From assembly GCA_050247195.1 (NCBI GenBank), contig JBFWUP010000001.1, positions 661,687 to 725,686 of the forward strand: a DNA stretch of 64,000 bases. Direction: 5' to 3'. Shown here piece after piece: positions 9,036 through 19,897 of the stretch. Position numbers and translations under genes: made by a program. How positions within the stretch are numbered: position 1 is the stretch's first letter; every line of letters starts with the position of its first letter. This stretch comes from Candidatus Melainabacteria bacterium (GTDB taxonomy: Bacteria > Cyanobacteriota > Vampirovibrionia > Vampirovibrionales > Vampirovibrionaceae). The notes under the pieces were generated by a model. That model made no database searches. It was given only the letters and a program-made list of their open reading frames with translations, and was not told the origin of the DNA.

Positions 9036-10186
9036 CAATCCCCCGTGGTCATTCCCTGCCAGAGTGGCAGGCGCAACAACGTGGCGCTGATGGCATCCGT
9101 CACCGGCAGCTGGCCGCTGGCGTTGCCCACCCGGCCGAATTTCAGGCCGGCGGGTGCGCTGTGGAGGGGCACATAATGAAAGACCGCATTAATGCCCTGG
9201 CTGTTGAGGTGCGCCATCAGGGCGTCGCGGGTTTCCCCGGCGTGAAGGCGGATGGCGTAGACGTGGGCGTTCTGCTGGGTGCCTTCGGGAATCACAGGAC
9301 GGCGCAGGCGACCCCGCTGTTCCAGATCCTGCAGCCCGCTGTGGTAGGCATGCCATAAAGAGAGCCGGTGGCGGGTGATGGCTTCCGCGCATTCCAGCTG
9401 CGCCCATAAAAAGGCGGCGTTGAGTTCGCTGGGCATCATGGAGGATCCGACATCCTGCCAGGTGTACTTGTCCACCTCGCCGCGGTAAAAGCGCGCGCGG
9501 TCCGTGCCTTTGCGGGCGATGATTTCCGCGCGTTCAGTAAGGGACGGGTTGTTGATGAGGAGCGCCCCGCCTTCACCGGCGGTCACATTCTTGGTTTCAT
9601 GAAAACTCAGCGTGGCGAGATCTCCGAAACCGGCCAGCGGCTTGCCGCCAAAAGCGGCCATCAGTCCCTGGGCGCAGTCGGCGATGATCATCGGCCTGGG
9701 GCCCGGGGCGGCTGCCACCACCGACTCCAGTTCAGCCATGGCGCAGGCCACGCCCGCGTAATGCACCGGGGCAATGGCGCGGGTTTTTGGCGTCAGGGCC
9801 GCCGCCACGGCCGCCGGGTCAAGCGTGGCGGTGTCATCGGTCACTTCCGCAAAAACGGGCACGCCGCCGCAGCGCACAAAAGCGGTGGCCGTGGAGACAA
9901 ACGTGAACGAGGGCATAATGACTTCATCGCCCGGCTGAATGTTGGCGAGCAGCGCCGCCATCTCCAGGGCTGCCGTGCAGGAGTGGGTGAGGATGGCCTG
10001 CCTGGTGTTGGTGTTGGCTTTCAGCCAGGCCTCACAGCGTTGCGTGAAAGGGCCGTCGGCGGCCAGGTGGCCGTTGGCCAGGGCTTCTTCAATGTAGCGC
10101 AGTTCATTGCCGGTCATCACCGCGCGGTTAAAAGGCAAATGGTCGGTCTGCGTGCGCGTGGATGCCGCTGTGGTTACTTCAGTCAC
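8996..10186 (-). CDS. wecE: dTDP-4-amino-4,6-dideoxygalactose transaminase (DegT/DnrJ family)
   Basis: SCTAALEM, PSFTFVSTA, SFHETKN..GEGG, KGTDR..F.RG.VDKYTW and FHYVPLH motifs. Confidence 0.92.
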   Translation of the reverse strand: MTEVTTAASTRTQTDHLPFNRAVMTGNELRYIEEALANGHLAADGPFTQRCEAWLKANTNTRQAILTHSCTAALEMAALLANIQPGDEVIMPSFTFVSTATAFVRCGGVPVFAEVTDDTATLDPAAVAAALTPKTRAIAPVHYAGVACAMAELESVVAAAPGPRPMIIADCAQGLMAAFGGKPLAGFGDLATLSFHETKNVTAGEGGALLINNPSLTERAEIIARKGTDRARFYRGEVDKYTWQDVGSSMMPSELNAAFLWAQLECAEAITRHRLSLWHAYHSGLQDLEQRGRLRRPVIPEGTQQNAHVYAIRLHAGETRDALMAHLNSQGINAVFHYVPLHSAPAGLKFGRVGNASGQLPVTDAISATLLRLPLWQGMTTGDCHRVVEAIAAFLK

Positions 10187-10213
10187 GAAATTGTTTTCCC
10201 GCTCACAACACCA

Positions 10214-11167
10214 TCAAGCCGTCAGGGGCTGGCGCGCCAAGCCAATGCCGGTACGCCCGTAGCCGTTGCCATTATAAAGCATCCAGCGCTGTCCGCCGTG
10301 TGTAAACACGTGGGCGTAACAGCGCGCTTCGCTTTCCCAGGCTTCCCGGTCCTCCGGCAGGCCGGTCGTCTCGGCGCGCTGCCAGGGTTGTTCCCGGGTG
10401 CGGGTGGCCAGCGCCAGCTGGTAGTCGCTGCCCCGTTCACTGTACCAGAGCTCAGTCCGTTCTCCATCCCTCACCACACAGGGTCGGCTGTAAGCAAAAA
10501 TGTCGGGCCGTTGGCTGTCCAGATTCAGGGCGGGCGTGGCTTCAGGTTGCCAGTGAACGCCATCGGCGGATGTGGCGTGACGCAGGATGTGTTCCATGCG
10601 TATCGGGTCACGGTTAGTGCCGGGCTCCCACACGGTGCTGCTGCCATACCACATCCGCCAGCCGTCTGCGTTGTGGATGACCCAGGGGTAGGACAACGAA
10701 TGCGGATCCACGGCTGAGCGGCCGAGGATGGGTGTTTTGCTGTAACGGGTGAAGGGCGTATCCGGCTCACCGGCCGGCCGGGTGGCCAGGCCAAGCCAGC
10801 ATCGCCAGGGAATGTCGGTCTGCCGCTGCCAGCCCACATAGTAAAGGTACTGTTGATTGCCCACGGTGACCACATTGCCCAGGCTGACGCCATGCTCGTC
10901 AAAGCCTCCCGGTTCACCGGGCATCAGCAGGGGCTGGGCGCCGATGGCCACGATGGCGGGCTGAGGGCCCAGTTCCAGGGTGACCGCCGCAATGCCGGAA
11001 CGGTTGTCGCCATCGCGGAAGTTCAGCAGCACCTGAACGTGATTGTCATTGAACGGCAGCGCGATGGGGTTGGCTGCATGCGAAACCCACCAGTCAGGTC
11101 TGCCAGGCAATGCGCCGGGATCCAGAATCCGCCCCAGACACGCCCATGTGTGGGTTGCAATTGTCAC
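10214..11167 (-). CDS. Five-bladed beta-propeller glycoside-hydrolase-like protein
   Basis: Repeated blade motifs (YLYYVGW, WRMWYGS, SRPCV, WMLYNGNGYGRTGIG) typical of GH43/130-like proteins in glycan clusters. Confidence 0.7.
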   Translation of the reverse strand: MTIATHTWACLGRILDPGALPGRPDWWVSHAANPIALPFNDNHVQVLLNFRDGDNRSGIAAVTLELGPQPAIVAIGAQPLLMPGEPGGFDEHGVSLGNVVTVGNQQYLYYVGWQRQTDIPWRCWLGLATRPAGEPDTPFTRYSKTPILGRSAVDPHSLSYPWVIHNADGWRMWYGSSTVWEPGTNRDPIRMEHILRHATSADGVHWQPEATPALNLDSQRPDIFAYSRPCVVRDGERTELWYSERGSDYQLALATRTREQPWQRAETTGLPEDREAWESEARCYAHVFTHGGQRWMLYNGNGYGRTGIGLARQPLTA

Positions 11168-11841
11168 AGCCGGACCCGTTCACCGGGCAGGGGAGCGGCC
11201 TGGGTGACCGGCCCGGGGTAAACCTGCCGGGCTTCCGCATCATTCATCATCACCGCGCCGGCGCCAATGATGGCGGCTTCGCCGACAGTGATGCCGTCGC
11301 GCAGGGTGGCGTTGACGCCGAGAAAAACGTTGTTCTGTATCGTGACGTGTCCGGAGATGACCACATGGCTGCTGATGAACACATGATCGCCGATGGCGCC
11401 ATGGTGGCCGATGTGGTTGCCGCTCCACAACACGCAGTTGTCGCCGATACGCGTGCAGGGCTGGATGGTGTTGTCTTCCATAATGATGGTGTTCTCACCC
11501 ACCGGTGTGCCGTAATAGGTGGCATGTCTGCTGATATAACCGGGCATGGCGTAGCCCATGGACCGGCAGGCCTCGAATTTGGCCTGGCGTATTTTATTGC
11601 GTTTGGAATACCCGATGGCCACCAGCACCTGATATTGACCGGGCGGATGGGTTTCGCTCAGGCTTTCGAAATTCACCACCGGCAAGCCCGCAAAGTCGCC
11701 GCCGGTGTTGTAAGCACTGTCCACGCTGAAGGCGGCCACGGGGGAGGTGGTCTCATGGGTGAGGTAATGGTGCATCACTTCGGCGAAATCACCTGTGCCC
11801 ACAATAATCCAGGGTCTGGATTGTGTGTTGTTGTCTGGCAT
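11164..11841 (-). CDS. NeuD/PglD-family sugar N/O-acetyltransferase
   Basis: N-terminal IIVGTG..A Rossmann-like start and C-terminal hexapeptide repeats; GHH active-site region. Confidence 0.9.
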   Translation of the reverse strand: MPDNNTQSRPWIIVGTGDFAEVMHHYLTHETTSPVAAFSVDSAYNTGGDFAGLPVVNFESLSETHPPGQYQVLVAIGYSKRNKIRQAKFEACRSMGYAMPGYISRHATYYGTPVGENTIIMEDNTIQPCTRIGDNCVLWSGNHIGHHGAIGDHVFISSHVVISGHVTIQNNVFLGVNATLRDGITVGEAAIIGAGAVMMNDAEARQVYPGPVTQAAPLPGERVRL

Positions 11842-11930
11842 GCATCGCCCTCCGCCAATGTGAACCTATCTTAACACAGTGACTGTCTGCATTTGGCGTT
11901 GGTGGCTTTCCGTGCGGGTATGGACGGGGT

Positions 11931-13367
11931 ATGATGCCCCCCATGGAGCTCTTGCTGGACAAAGTGGCGCGTACCGTGGTCCTCACTCATGGGCTGATGG
12001 CGATTGCCCTGGTGGTTTTTTTCGCCTTCGCCGGGCTGCTGATCCGTGAGTGGTGGTCACGCCCTCCCCGCGAGCGGCTGGCTGTCGGCCTGGTGGTGAT
12101 GCTGGGTCTGGTTGCCCGGGTGGTGTGGGCGCTGCAAACCCAACCGCTGCCGCACAGTGATTTTGCCGTGTACTGGCAGTTTGCCCAGTCTTTTGCCCAG
12201 GGGGATTACCGCTTCGAAGAAATCAGTCGGCACCCGGGGTTGAGTTTGTGGCTGTCCTGGTTCCTGCGGCTGTTTGGTCCCTCCCTGGAAACGGTCTGGT
12301 TTTTTAATGGTCTGATTTCTCTGGTGATGATGCTGTTGTTTTATGTCCTGGGGAAACATCTTGGCGGCCGGGTTGCCGGTGGGCTGGCTTTGTTTCTGGG
12401 CGCGTTTCATCCCCAGATGGTGGCGTACACGGCTCTGGTGGCGACCGAAATTCCTGCGATCACAGTTTTACTGTTGGCGATTTGGGCGGTTATCCGCACG
12501 CGCGAGAATCCCAGCGGATTGATTTACTGGCTGGGTCTGGGTTTTCTGATCTACGGCGCCGTGCTGATCCGATCCAGTCATCTGATTCTGCTGGGTCTGA
12601 TTCCCGTTCTGTTTGTTCTTTACCGGCGGGCTTTCTGGCAGGCGGGTCTGCGCATTACGCTGCTGCTGTGGGTTACAGTGGGGATTCTGTTGTCAGCCTG
12701 GATAGGCCATCAGTATGTCATCGGGGGCAGCCCCAAGTTGTTCTGGGGGAGTGAACTGTGGCTGAGCTGCGCCATTCAGTACGACCGTGATGGTCGCTAC
12801 ACGGACCCGGTGGACATGGCGTTTTATCCCAAAGTGAAGCCTCATTTTGAGGCGTTTGGCCGGACGGGCCAGGTGCAGCATATGATCCGCGCTTATGAGG
12901 TGATTGGCGAAGAGTCGATGGCCGTCATTCGCCAGGACCCGGTGAAGTACCTGCTGTTTGGCTTTACCCGCATGCGCTACATTCTGGGCACTTCCCAGAG
13001 CGGGGTGACCTGGAGTTTCCAGCAGTCGCGCATTCTGCCGCATGAGGCGATGCCCCGGTGGCTGAAGGTGATCCGCAACGTGTCCACCATCAGCTGGCAG
13101 GTCCTGCTGTGGATCAGTCCTCTGGGTCTGCTGGCCCTGCGGCCCCGCCAGCAGAATGAACGCCAGGAACTCATGTTTCTGCTGGTGAGCTACGGTCTGA
13201 TCTGGCTGGTCTTTCATTTTCTGGTGGCTGTGGCCAGTGAGCGGTATGCCATGCAGTTCCTGCCGGTGGTCTTCCTGATGGATGCCGCTGCCGTGGCGCA
13301 ACTGCTGGGCTGGCTGATGCCGGCCAGACAGCCCGCCGTCAGCCGTCGCATCGGGCTGGCCCGGTGA
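11931..13367 (+). CDS. ArnT/PMT-like (GT-C fold) membrane glycosyltransferase
   Basis: About 11-12 TM segments, first-loop SDF..Y motif, HPG..L, late ERY motif. Confidence 0.65.
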   Translation: MMPPMELLLDKVARTVVLTHGLMAIALVVFFAFAGLLIREWWSRPPRERLAVGLVVMLGLVARVVWALQTQPLPHSDFAVYWQFAQSFAQGDYRFEEISRHPGLSLWLSWFLRLFGPSLETVWFFNGLISLVMMLLFYVLGKHLGGRVAGGLALFLGAFHPQMVAYTALVATEIPAITVLLLAIWAVIRTRENPSGLIYWLGLGFLIYGAVLIRSSHLILLGLIPVLFVLYRRAFWQAGLRITLLLWVTVGILLSAWIGHQYVIGGSPKLFWGSELWLSCAIQYDRDGRYTDPVDMAFYPKVKPHFEAFGRTGQVQHMIRAYEVIGEESMAVIRQDPVKYLLFGFTRMRYILGTSQSGVTWSFQQSRILPHEAMPRWLKVIRNVSTISWQVLLWISPLGLLALRPRQQNERQELMFLLVSYGLIWLVFHFLVAVASERYAMQFLPVVFLMDAAAVAQLLGWLMPARQPAVSRRIGLAR

Positions 13368-14242
13368 GCGCCCCGGAGTTGACGGGGAACTGTAGCCGCC
13401 GGGATTCCGCCTGGCTTGAAATCGCCCTTCAGACCCTGGCGCAGGACGGTTACGTCGTGCTGGGCGGTGTGCTGGATGCCGGGACGATCGCCGCGACCCG
13501 CAACGCCATGTATGCCGTGCAGGAAGCCATCCGGCGCGATATCGGACCGGATCGACTGACGCGCGCCGGTGAGGTGGGTGTGCTGCGGCTGATGATGCAG
13601 TATGACCGCCATTTTCTGCGTTTCCTTGAATTGCCGGAACTGCTGGCGGTGGTGGATGCCACGGTTTCACCCACGGCCATTATGCACCTGCAGAACGGGT
13701 TTATTCTGCCTTCTCAGAACGGGTCAGCCGCCCTGTTTCAGGGAAAGCTGCACCGGGATTTCCCCCGGCTGATGAACGGGTATCTGGCGAGCGTCAACTG
13801 TTATCTGACGATCGATGATTTTTCTGAGGACAACGGGGCGACCTGGGTGATTCCGGGTTCACATCAGACAGAAGCGCCCATTGATCCGGCAACCAACACG
13901 GTCACTGACGAGAGTCTGGGTGATCTGCTCCGTGAGCGGGGCGTGCCGGTAGTATGCCCGGCGGGGAGTCTGATTGTTTTTGATTCCACCCTGCTGCATG
14001 CGGCCGGGGTGAACCAATCGGGCGCCGATCGTCTGAGCGTCAATCATCAGTTCACACGCTCTTTTATCAAGCAGCAGCTGGATTACCCGCGCGCACTGAC
14101 GGCGCAATACGGCCAGGGTTGGGAACAGGCGCTGCCCGAGCGGACCCAGCAACTGCTGGGGTACTTCTCCCGGCCGCCCGAGAGTCTTGATGCCTACTAC
14201 CAGCCGGAGGAAAAACGCTGGTATCGCCGTGGACAGGGTTGA
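13364..14242 (+). CDS. Phytanoyl-CoA dioxygenase (PhyH)-family Fe(II)/2OG oxygenase
   Basis: LHRD (HxD), [29 protein letters not shown] motifs. Confidence 0.9.
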   Translation: MSAPELTGNCSRRDSAWLEIALQTLAQDGYVVLGGVLDAGTIAATRNAMYAVQEAIRRDIGPDRLTRAGEVGVLRLMMQYDRHFLRFLELPELLAVVDATVSPTAIMHLQNGFILPSQNGSAALFQGKLHRDFPRLMNGYLASVNCYLTIDDFSEDNGATWVIPGSHQTEAPIDPATNTVTDESLGDLLRERGVPVVCPAGSLIVFDSTLLHAAGVNQSGADRLSVNHQFTRSFIKQQLDYPRALTAQYGQGWEQALPERTQQLLGYFSRPPESLDAYYQPEEKRWYRRGQG

Positions 14243-14422
14243 CTCCTCTGTCTGGTATAGGCTAAACGGCTTTATTTTTAAAAAAAGCACTATTTTCCTA
14301 GTACTTTAGTTCTACTTTCGTCTTTTTGAGCGAACACGGTCTGGGGCTGATTGTTAGAGTATGTTTACAGGCGTGGCGTTTAGTCCCGTACGCTGTTCAC
14401 AGAATAATGAGGCAATACAGCA

Positions 14423-16414
14423 ATGGTTATCAGTCCACAATTTGTCGACAAAACTTCTCGCGGTGGTGCAGTGAATACTGCAATCCGGGAACGCCTGCAG
14501 TTTCTGATGATGGATGAACAAACAATTAATGTGTTGATTGATTTTTCGCGACAGCTGCCACAACTATTACCTGAGGTGTTAGACAGTTTTTACCAGCATA
14601 TCGCTCAGGTTCCTGAACTGCAAAACCTCATCGCAAAAAGCGGCACCTCCATTGAGTATTTAAAATCAGCGCAGTCTAAACACTGGGATAAACTTTTTAA
14701 CGCTGAATTTGATGATGAGTTTATTTCGCAAATCTCCAGAATCGGCCAGGCGCATCTGGATCAGAAACTATCTGAAAAATGGTTTTATGGTGGGTATTGC
14801 ATGATTCTGAACAAGTTAACGCAAGTCATTTTGAAGAATAATATGATACGACCGAAGAAAGCGGCTGAGTATATTGAAGCTGTTAATAAGGCGGTTTTTC
14901 TGGACATGGAGTTGATCCTGTCGACCATGGTCAATGAATATTCAGCCAAAGTTGTCGCTTTGGATAGTTCTCAGGCTGCCATTGAATTCAATATGGATGG
15001 AACCATTGTTACTGCCAATGAGAATTTTTTAAGTACCCTGGGTTATAGCATCGGGGAAATCAAGGGAAAGCACCACAGTATGTTTTGCGACCCGGGTTAT
15101 GTAAAGAGCCCGGATTATCCGGCGTTCTGGGATAAGCTGAACCGCGGTGAGTTCGATACAGGGGAATACAAGCGTCTCGGTAAAAATGGAAAAGAAGTCT
15201 GGATTCAGGCAACATACAACCCCATCAGAGACATATACGGAAAACTGGTGAAAGTGGTCAAATTCGCATCGGATGTGACCAGCAAAAAAACCGAGTATAC
15301 GGACTTGCTGGGCAAGGTCGAGGCCATTCAGAAATCCCAGGCTGTCATCGAGTTCAACATGGATGGTACCGTAAGAACAGCCAATGATAACTTCCTGCAG
15401 ACTCTGGGTTATTCTTTGCCGGAGATTCAGGGCAAACATCACAGTATGTTCTGTGACCAGACCTATACAGCAAGCGCCGATTACAGAAAATTCTGGGAAG
15501 ACCTGAATAAGGGTCAGTTCCAGTCTGCCGAATACAAGCGTTTCGGGAAGGGCAACAAGCCTGTCTGGATTCAGGCTTCTTATAACCCGGTTCTGGATCT
15601 GAACGGGAAGCCTGTGAAGGTGGTGAAATATGCAACCGACCTGACCCCGCAGAAAATGGCGAACGCCAAAATGGCAGATGATTTTGAGAAAAATGTGAAG
15701 TCAGTCGTTCAGTCCGTTACCACCTCTTCTTCTGAGATGCAGGTGACCTCACAGACACTCTCAGCCGCCGCTGAGGAAACCAGTCAGCAGTCTTCAGTGG
15801 TCGCCAGCACTGCCGAAGAGCTGTCATCTTCGATCAACGAAATCTCAAGGCAGTTGTCACAGGCGACGGCTGTGGTTGGTACCGCAGTGAACGAAACTCA
15901 GAACTCGTCAAGAATGGTTGCGACGCTTTTGTCGTCATCAGAGAAGATTGGCTCGGTTGTCCAGATTATTAAAACGATCGCCGCACAGACAAACCTTTTG
16001 TCGCTCAACGCCACAATTGAAGCGGCCAGTGCTGGCGATGCCGGAAAAGGATTTGCTGTTGTCGCCAATGAGGTTAAAGAGCTGGCGAAGCAGACAGCTG
16101 CACAGACTCAGGAAATTGAGCAGCTGATTAGTGAGATCCAGGAGGCTAGTTCTTTTACGGCAGACGCTATTAAAGAGATTGAGCAGTCGATTTCTCAGGT
16201 GAGTAATATCAGCAATTCCATTGCATCGGCTGTGGAAGAGCAGTCTGCGGCGACCCAGGAAGTGTCAAAAAACATCATCGGCGTCACTCAGGCCGCTGGC
16301 GACACAGGGCAGGCCTCAAACAGCGTCCTGCTGGCTGCGGATTCATTATTAAGTCTTTCTGAGGATCTTAATAAGCGCGTTGATGACTTTCTGCAGAGTG
16401 TCCGGACCATGTAA
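14423..16414 (+). CDS. Soluble chemoreceptor: protoglobin + two PAS/PAC + MCP signalling domain (start uncertain)
   Basis: Globin helices (FY.HI...P, Q.KHW..LF, IG.AH); duplicated AIEFNMDGT...[11 protein letters not shown]; [20 protein letters not shown] hairpin; no TM. Confidence 0.92.
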   Translation: MVISPQFVDKTSRGGAVNTAIRERLQFLMMDEQTINVLIDFSRQLPQLLPEVLDSFYQHIAQVPELQNLIAKSGTSIEYLKSAQSKHWDKLFNAEFDDEFISQISRIGQAHLDQKLSEKWFYGGYCMILNKLTQVILKNNMIRPKKAAEYIEAVNKAVFLDMELILSTMVNEYSAKVVALDSSQAAIEFNMDGTIVTANENFLSTLGYSIGEIKGKHHSMFCDPGYVKSPDYPAFWDKLNRGEFDTGEYKRLGKNGKEVWIQATYNPIRDIYGKLVKVVKFASDVTSKKTEYTDLLGKVEAIQKSQAVIEFNMDGTVRTANDNFLQTLGYSLPEIQGKHHSMFCDQTYTASADYRKFWEDLNKGQFQSAEYKRFGKGNKPVWIQASYNPVLDLNGKPVKVVKYATDLTPQKMANAKMADDFEKNVKSVVQSVTTSSSEMQVTSQTLSAAAEETSQQSSVVASTAEELSSSINEISRQLSQATAVVGTAVNETQNSSRMVATLLSSSEKIGSVVQIIKTIAAQTNLLSLNATIEAASAGDAGKGFAVVANEVKELAKQTAAQTQEIEQLISEIQEASSFTADAIKEIEQSISQVSNISNSIASAVEEQSAATQEVSKNIIGVTQAAGDTGQASNSVLLAADSLLSLSEDLNKRVDDFLQSVRTM

Positions 16415-16433
16415 GCTGTTATTCTCTGACTTC

Positions 16434-16467
16434 AGAAGCCTGGTGATACGCCAGGCTTCTTTGTTTT
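16434..16467 (+). terminator. Intrinsic terminator
   Basis: AGAAGCCTGG-TGATACG-CCAGGCTTCT followed by TTGTTTT. Confidence 0.85.
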
Positions 16468-16722
16468 GTGCGACTGTCAAAAGACTGAGAACGTTCATCC
16501 TCGGGTGTTGTGGGCTGACCCTGTCTCCTCAGAATGGAGGAGGTTGTTGACCAAACAGTCAAGACTAAAGTATCTATTTTTCTGGTCATTACGCCTGTAT
16601 TGTTAAATTTTCTTCACATTGGGTGCCAAACACTTGGTAGACTGATGATCAACCGGATCTGATTGTTTCAGATCGAGTTGTCATTATTTTTAAGTATTTA
16701 GTGAGGACGAAGGACACCCATC

Positions 16723-18306
16723 ATGACAGACGTGAACAATTTCGATCGCGAAGACAGAATGCGGTTTTTACAAATCACTCCCACGGACAGTAACAACATG
16801 CGGGAGTTCCTTCCTACTCTGATGCCGCAACTGGATCCGGTACTCAATGATTTTTATGCCCATGTGGGTCAGTGGCAGATGCTGGTTCAGAAACTGGGCA
16901 CCGCTTCCAACATTGAACGGGTGAAGGGGATTCAGAAGCAACACTGGGAAACCCTGTTCTCCGGTCAGTTTGATGCGAATTATTTCTCCCGGATTAACAC
17001 CATTGGCCGTACGCACGAAAAAAACGCCCTGGAGCCCCGGTATTACCTGGGTGGTTATGCTTTTGTTCTGAAAAAGCTGATTGACCTGGTGATTGGCACG
17101 TATACGACTGACCCCAAGAAAAAAGGAGCCTCCGATCCGGGTGCGCAGAAAGCCGCTGATGTCTTGAAATCAATGGTTGGCGCAATTTTTCTGGATATGG
17201 ACATTGCCATTACGGTTTACAACGATACGGTTCGTGAAACAGCCGGTTCGAAGCTGTCTGAGATCACGGTCTCTCTGGATGAAGTGCTGACCAGCGTTTC
17301 CCGTCTGGATCAGAACATCAGCACGACCGCTGCGGCCATTGAACAGATGAACGCCAACATCAGTCAGGTTCACCTGGGCAGCGCCCAGGTCAGCGGTAAT
17401 ATTCAGACCGTGGACGCCAGTGCCGTGGAACTTTCCGACAGCATGCGCTCCATGGCGGCTGCTGCCGAGGAGATGTCGGTCTCGGTCAACAACGTGGCGG
17501 ATTCTATCAAGCAGATGTCACTGGCGATGAATGAGGTGTCGAAAAACGCCACCCATGCCTCATCCATTACCGCCAAAGCTGCTGAGAAAGCCGAAAGTAC
17601 GAAAAATATTGTGGAGACACTGGGACAGTCTACCCGACAGATTGATCAGGTGGTTGAGCTCATTAAAGGCATTGCCTCCCAGACCAACCTGCTGGCGCTG
17701 AACGCCACGATTGAAGCCGCCAGTGCTGGGGAAGCCGGTAAAGGCTTTGCGGTGGTTGCCAATGAGGTAAAGGAACTGGCCAAGCAGTCTTCCACCGCTA
17801 CGGAAGACATCCGCCGCCAGGTCGAGGCCATGCAGGTCAACATGAACGAATCGATGTCAGCCATTGTGGATATTACCGAGATTATTTCCGAGATTGACCA
17901 GATCAGCAACAATATCGCCAGCGCTGTGGAAGAGCAGTCGGCCACGATTCAGGAGCTGACGACCAATGTTTCCAGCGTCGCCACGGTCACCACGGAAGTC
18001 AGTCAGACGGTTCAGAGCGCTGCGGTGAATGCTGAAAAGATTACCGATCTGATGACGGTGTCGAACGAGGCGATGTCCGGCATTACCCGCAACATCGAGG
18101 AGCTTAACCAGGGTTCCAAGGAAGTGGCGAGAACGTCGGCCGATGTGGCTCAGAGCGCCGGTTCCATTACCGAGAACCTGACCCAGGTGAACCAGATGAC
18201 CCACGCCACCATTGCGGAAGTCACCCAGGGTGCCACCAGCAAAAAAGTCGAATCTTCGGGTGGTTTTGCCGCCACAAAGGTCGGCGCTTTTGGAAAAACA
18301 GCTTAG
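16723..18306 (+). CDS. Globin-coupled chemoreceptor (HemAT-like protoglobin + MCP)
   Basis: DFYAHV, Q.QHWE.LF, IGRTH globin motifs; [30 protein letters not shown]. Confidence 0.92.
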   Translation: MTDVNNFDREDRMRFLQITPTDSNNMREFLPTLMPQLDPVLNDFYAHVGQWQMLVQKLGTASNIERVKGIQKQHWETLFSGQFDANYFSRINTIGRTHEKNALEPRYYLGGYAFVLKKLIDLVIGTYTTDPKKKGASDPGAQKAADVLKSMVGAIFLDMDIAITVYNDTVRETAGSKLSEITVSLDEVLTSVSRLDQNISTTAAAIEQMNANISQVHLGSAQVSGNIQTVDASAVELSDSMRSMAAAAEEMSVSVNNVADSIKQMSLAMNEVSKNATHASSITAKAAEKAESTKNIVETLGQSTRQIDQVVELIKGIASQTNLLALNATIEAASAGEAGKGFAVVANEVKELAKQSSTATEDIRRQVEAMQVNMNESMSAIVDITEIISEIDQISNNIASAVEEQSATIQELTTNVSSVATVTTEVSQTVQSAAVNAEKITDLMTVSNEAMSGITRNIEELNQGSKEVARTSADVAQSAGSITENLTQVNQMTHATIAEVTQGATSKKVESSGGFAATKVGAFGKTA

Positions 18307-18330
18307 CTGACAATGCAAATGTATTAAATG

Positions 18331-18354
18331 AGACCCGGGCGGAAGCCCGGGTCT
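18331..18354. terminator. Hairpin between convergent genes (likely bidirectional terminator)
   Basis: AGACCCGGGC-GGAA-GCCCGGGTCT, perfect 10-bp stem. Confidence 0.75.
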
Positions 18355-18360
18355 GTTGTG

Positions 18361-19290
18361 TTACTGGCAAACCAGGCCGTTGTCGTTGCCATTACCGATG
18401 TCACAGATTGAAATAGTGCGAACGAGGGTCTGTTCCGAAGCGGCAGTCTGCACGTATTGCCCTGGGGTTACTTCGCCGTTTTCAGTCATGGAAACCACGT
18501 GTTCTGAAGTTTCAGCAAGAATATTGATATCATCAACCAGCTTGGTGACCACAGCGTTGATGCTGGCGTTCTTCATCAACGGGCTGGTTGTTTTCAGGGT
18601 GTTGTAGGTCGACACAAAATCCTTTTGTATTGCATTGGCGCCATAGAGGCTGCCGGTATCTTTCATGGTGGCGGTGACCACAATCTCATAGCCAATCAGG
18701 TTGGACAGTTCACTCAGGTTGTAGGTTCTGCCTTCAAAGCTCGCCTGATACCCGGTTAACTGGCTGCTGTTGCTGATCTGGCTCATCCCCACTTCCAGCA
18801 GCGATTCCACATTGGCAATGCGGTGGCCATGGTTGGAGAGCGCTTTGAGCTGATTGAGAGTGTTGGTGTCGGCTTCATTGCTGGCCTGCAGCTGGGCAAT
18901 CAGTTCATCCAGTTGCGCCAGTGCGATGGCGCTGGAGCCGTTCACGCCGGCGGTTTCCACCAGCTTCTGCAGATCGGTGGGCACGCCCTGCAGGCTGATT
19001 GTTTTCCCACTGTTCAGCGTCATGGTGACGTTGGATGTGCCGCCCACGACCGACTGCGTGACGGTATTGCCTGCCGGTCCCGGCGTAGGCCCTGTGCTGA
19101 TATCCGGGAGGGGCTCCACAATAGCAAGGTGCCCCTGCTGAGAGGTCATGGTGGTTTTCATATCGCCCATATTGCTGAACAGACTGTCACCAAACAGCAT
19201 CAGCGTGGGTAACGCAACCACAGCGACCAGAGCGACCGCCAGCCCCATTTCGGTGCTTGCCTGACCGTGATGACTTCTTTGGAACGCCAT
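18361..19290 (-). CDS. Hypothetical protein with Flp/TadE-type prepilin N-terminus
   Basis: HHG|QASTE followed by hydrophobic MGLAVALVAVVALPTLMLFG; remainder Ser/Thr/Asn-rich. Confidence 0.7.
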   Translation of the reverse strand: MAFQRSHHGQASTEMGLAVALVAVVALPTLMLFGDSLFSNMGDMKTTMTSQQGHLAIVEPLPDISTGPTPGPAGNTVTQSVVGGTSNVTMTLNSGKTISLQGVPTDLQKLVETAGVNGSSAIALAQLDELIAQLQASNEADTNTLNQLKALSNHGHRIANVESLLEVGMSQISNSSQLTGYQASFEGRTYNLSELSNLIGYEIVVTATMKDTGSLYGANAIQKDFVSTYNTLKTTSPLMKNASINAVVTKLVDDINILAETSEHVVSMTENGEVTPGQYVQTAASEQTLVRTISICDIGNGNDNGLVCQ

Positions 19291-19450
19291 GACATTGACC
19301 TCCGGCTATCGATGCTCAGGTATCGGTTATTCGGAGGACAACTGAATCTTTCTAATCATTTTGTTGAGTGTTTGTTACAAATATCCTCCAAGCCCTGTAG
19401 AACCAGTGGCCGATGACGGCCAGAAGCCCCAATGGCATACTGAGAGAGCG

Positions 19451-19798
19451 ATGAACCACGCCAAAACGTACAGGGTATCTCTGATGAATCCCAACATGAA
19501 CCTGAACGAGCTGTGTCTGCTGGAATTTCTGGCCCATGTCAAGCAGAATCAGCCTGAACAGCCGGTTTTCACCGTTGGCCCCGGCCCCGAAGCCCAGGTA
19601 CCCAATCTGGTGGCAGGCACTGCAACGGGTATTTCCCCGATGAGCTGGGATAATTTCTCACGCCATAAACCGTTTAACCGCCATGAGCAGGCTGACGGCG
19701 TTCCTGTGCCCGTAACCGGCCAGGAGAGTGACCAGCAGGCCTCTGCCCGCAAGTCTGTGCCGCCTCCAGGCGCCAGCGACCCCATTACGGGCGGCTAG
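19451..19798 (+). CDS. Possible small hypothetical protein (start uncertain)
   Basis: Fills the intergenic gap and is followed by a strong terminator; no recognisable motif. Confidence 0.3.
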   Translation: MNHAKTYRVSLMNPNMNLNELCLLEFLAHVKQNQPEQPVFTVGPGPEAQVPNLVAGTATGISPMSWDNFSRHKPFNRHEQADGVPVPVTGQESDQQASARKSVPPPGASDPITGG

Positions 19799-19816
19799 AA
19801 AAGACGGTTGTATTAT

Positions 19817-19853
19817 TGAAAAGCCCCGATCGCAATCCGGTCGGGGCTTTTCA
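19817..19853. terminator. Bidirectional terminator
   Basis: TGAAAAGCCCCGA ... TCGGGGCTTTTCA perfect inverted repeat between convergent genes. Confidence 0.85.
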
Positions 19854-19860
19854 GTATTCT

Positions 19861-19886
19861 GGATTCCCGCCGTTGCGGGAATGACG
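19861..19886. repeat. REP-like palindrome ATTCCC-N8-GGGAAT with CGTC tag on the minus strand
   Basis: GGATTCCCGCCGTTGCGGGAATGACG; one copy seen in this window. Confidence 0.55.
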
Positions 19887-19897
19887 AGGGATAGAAG

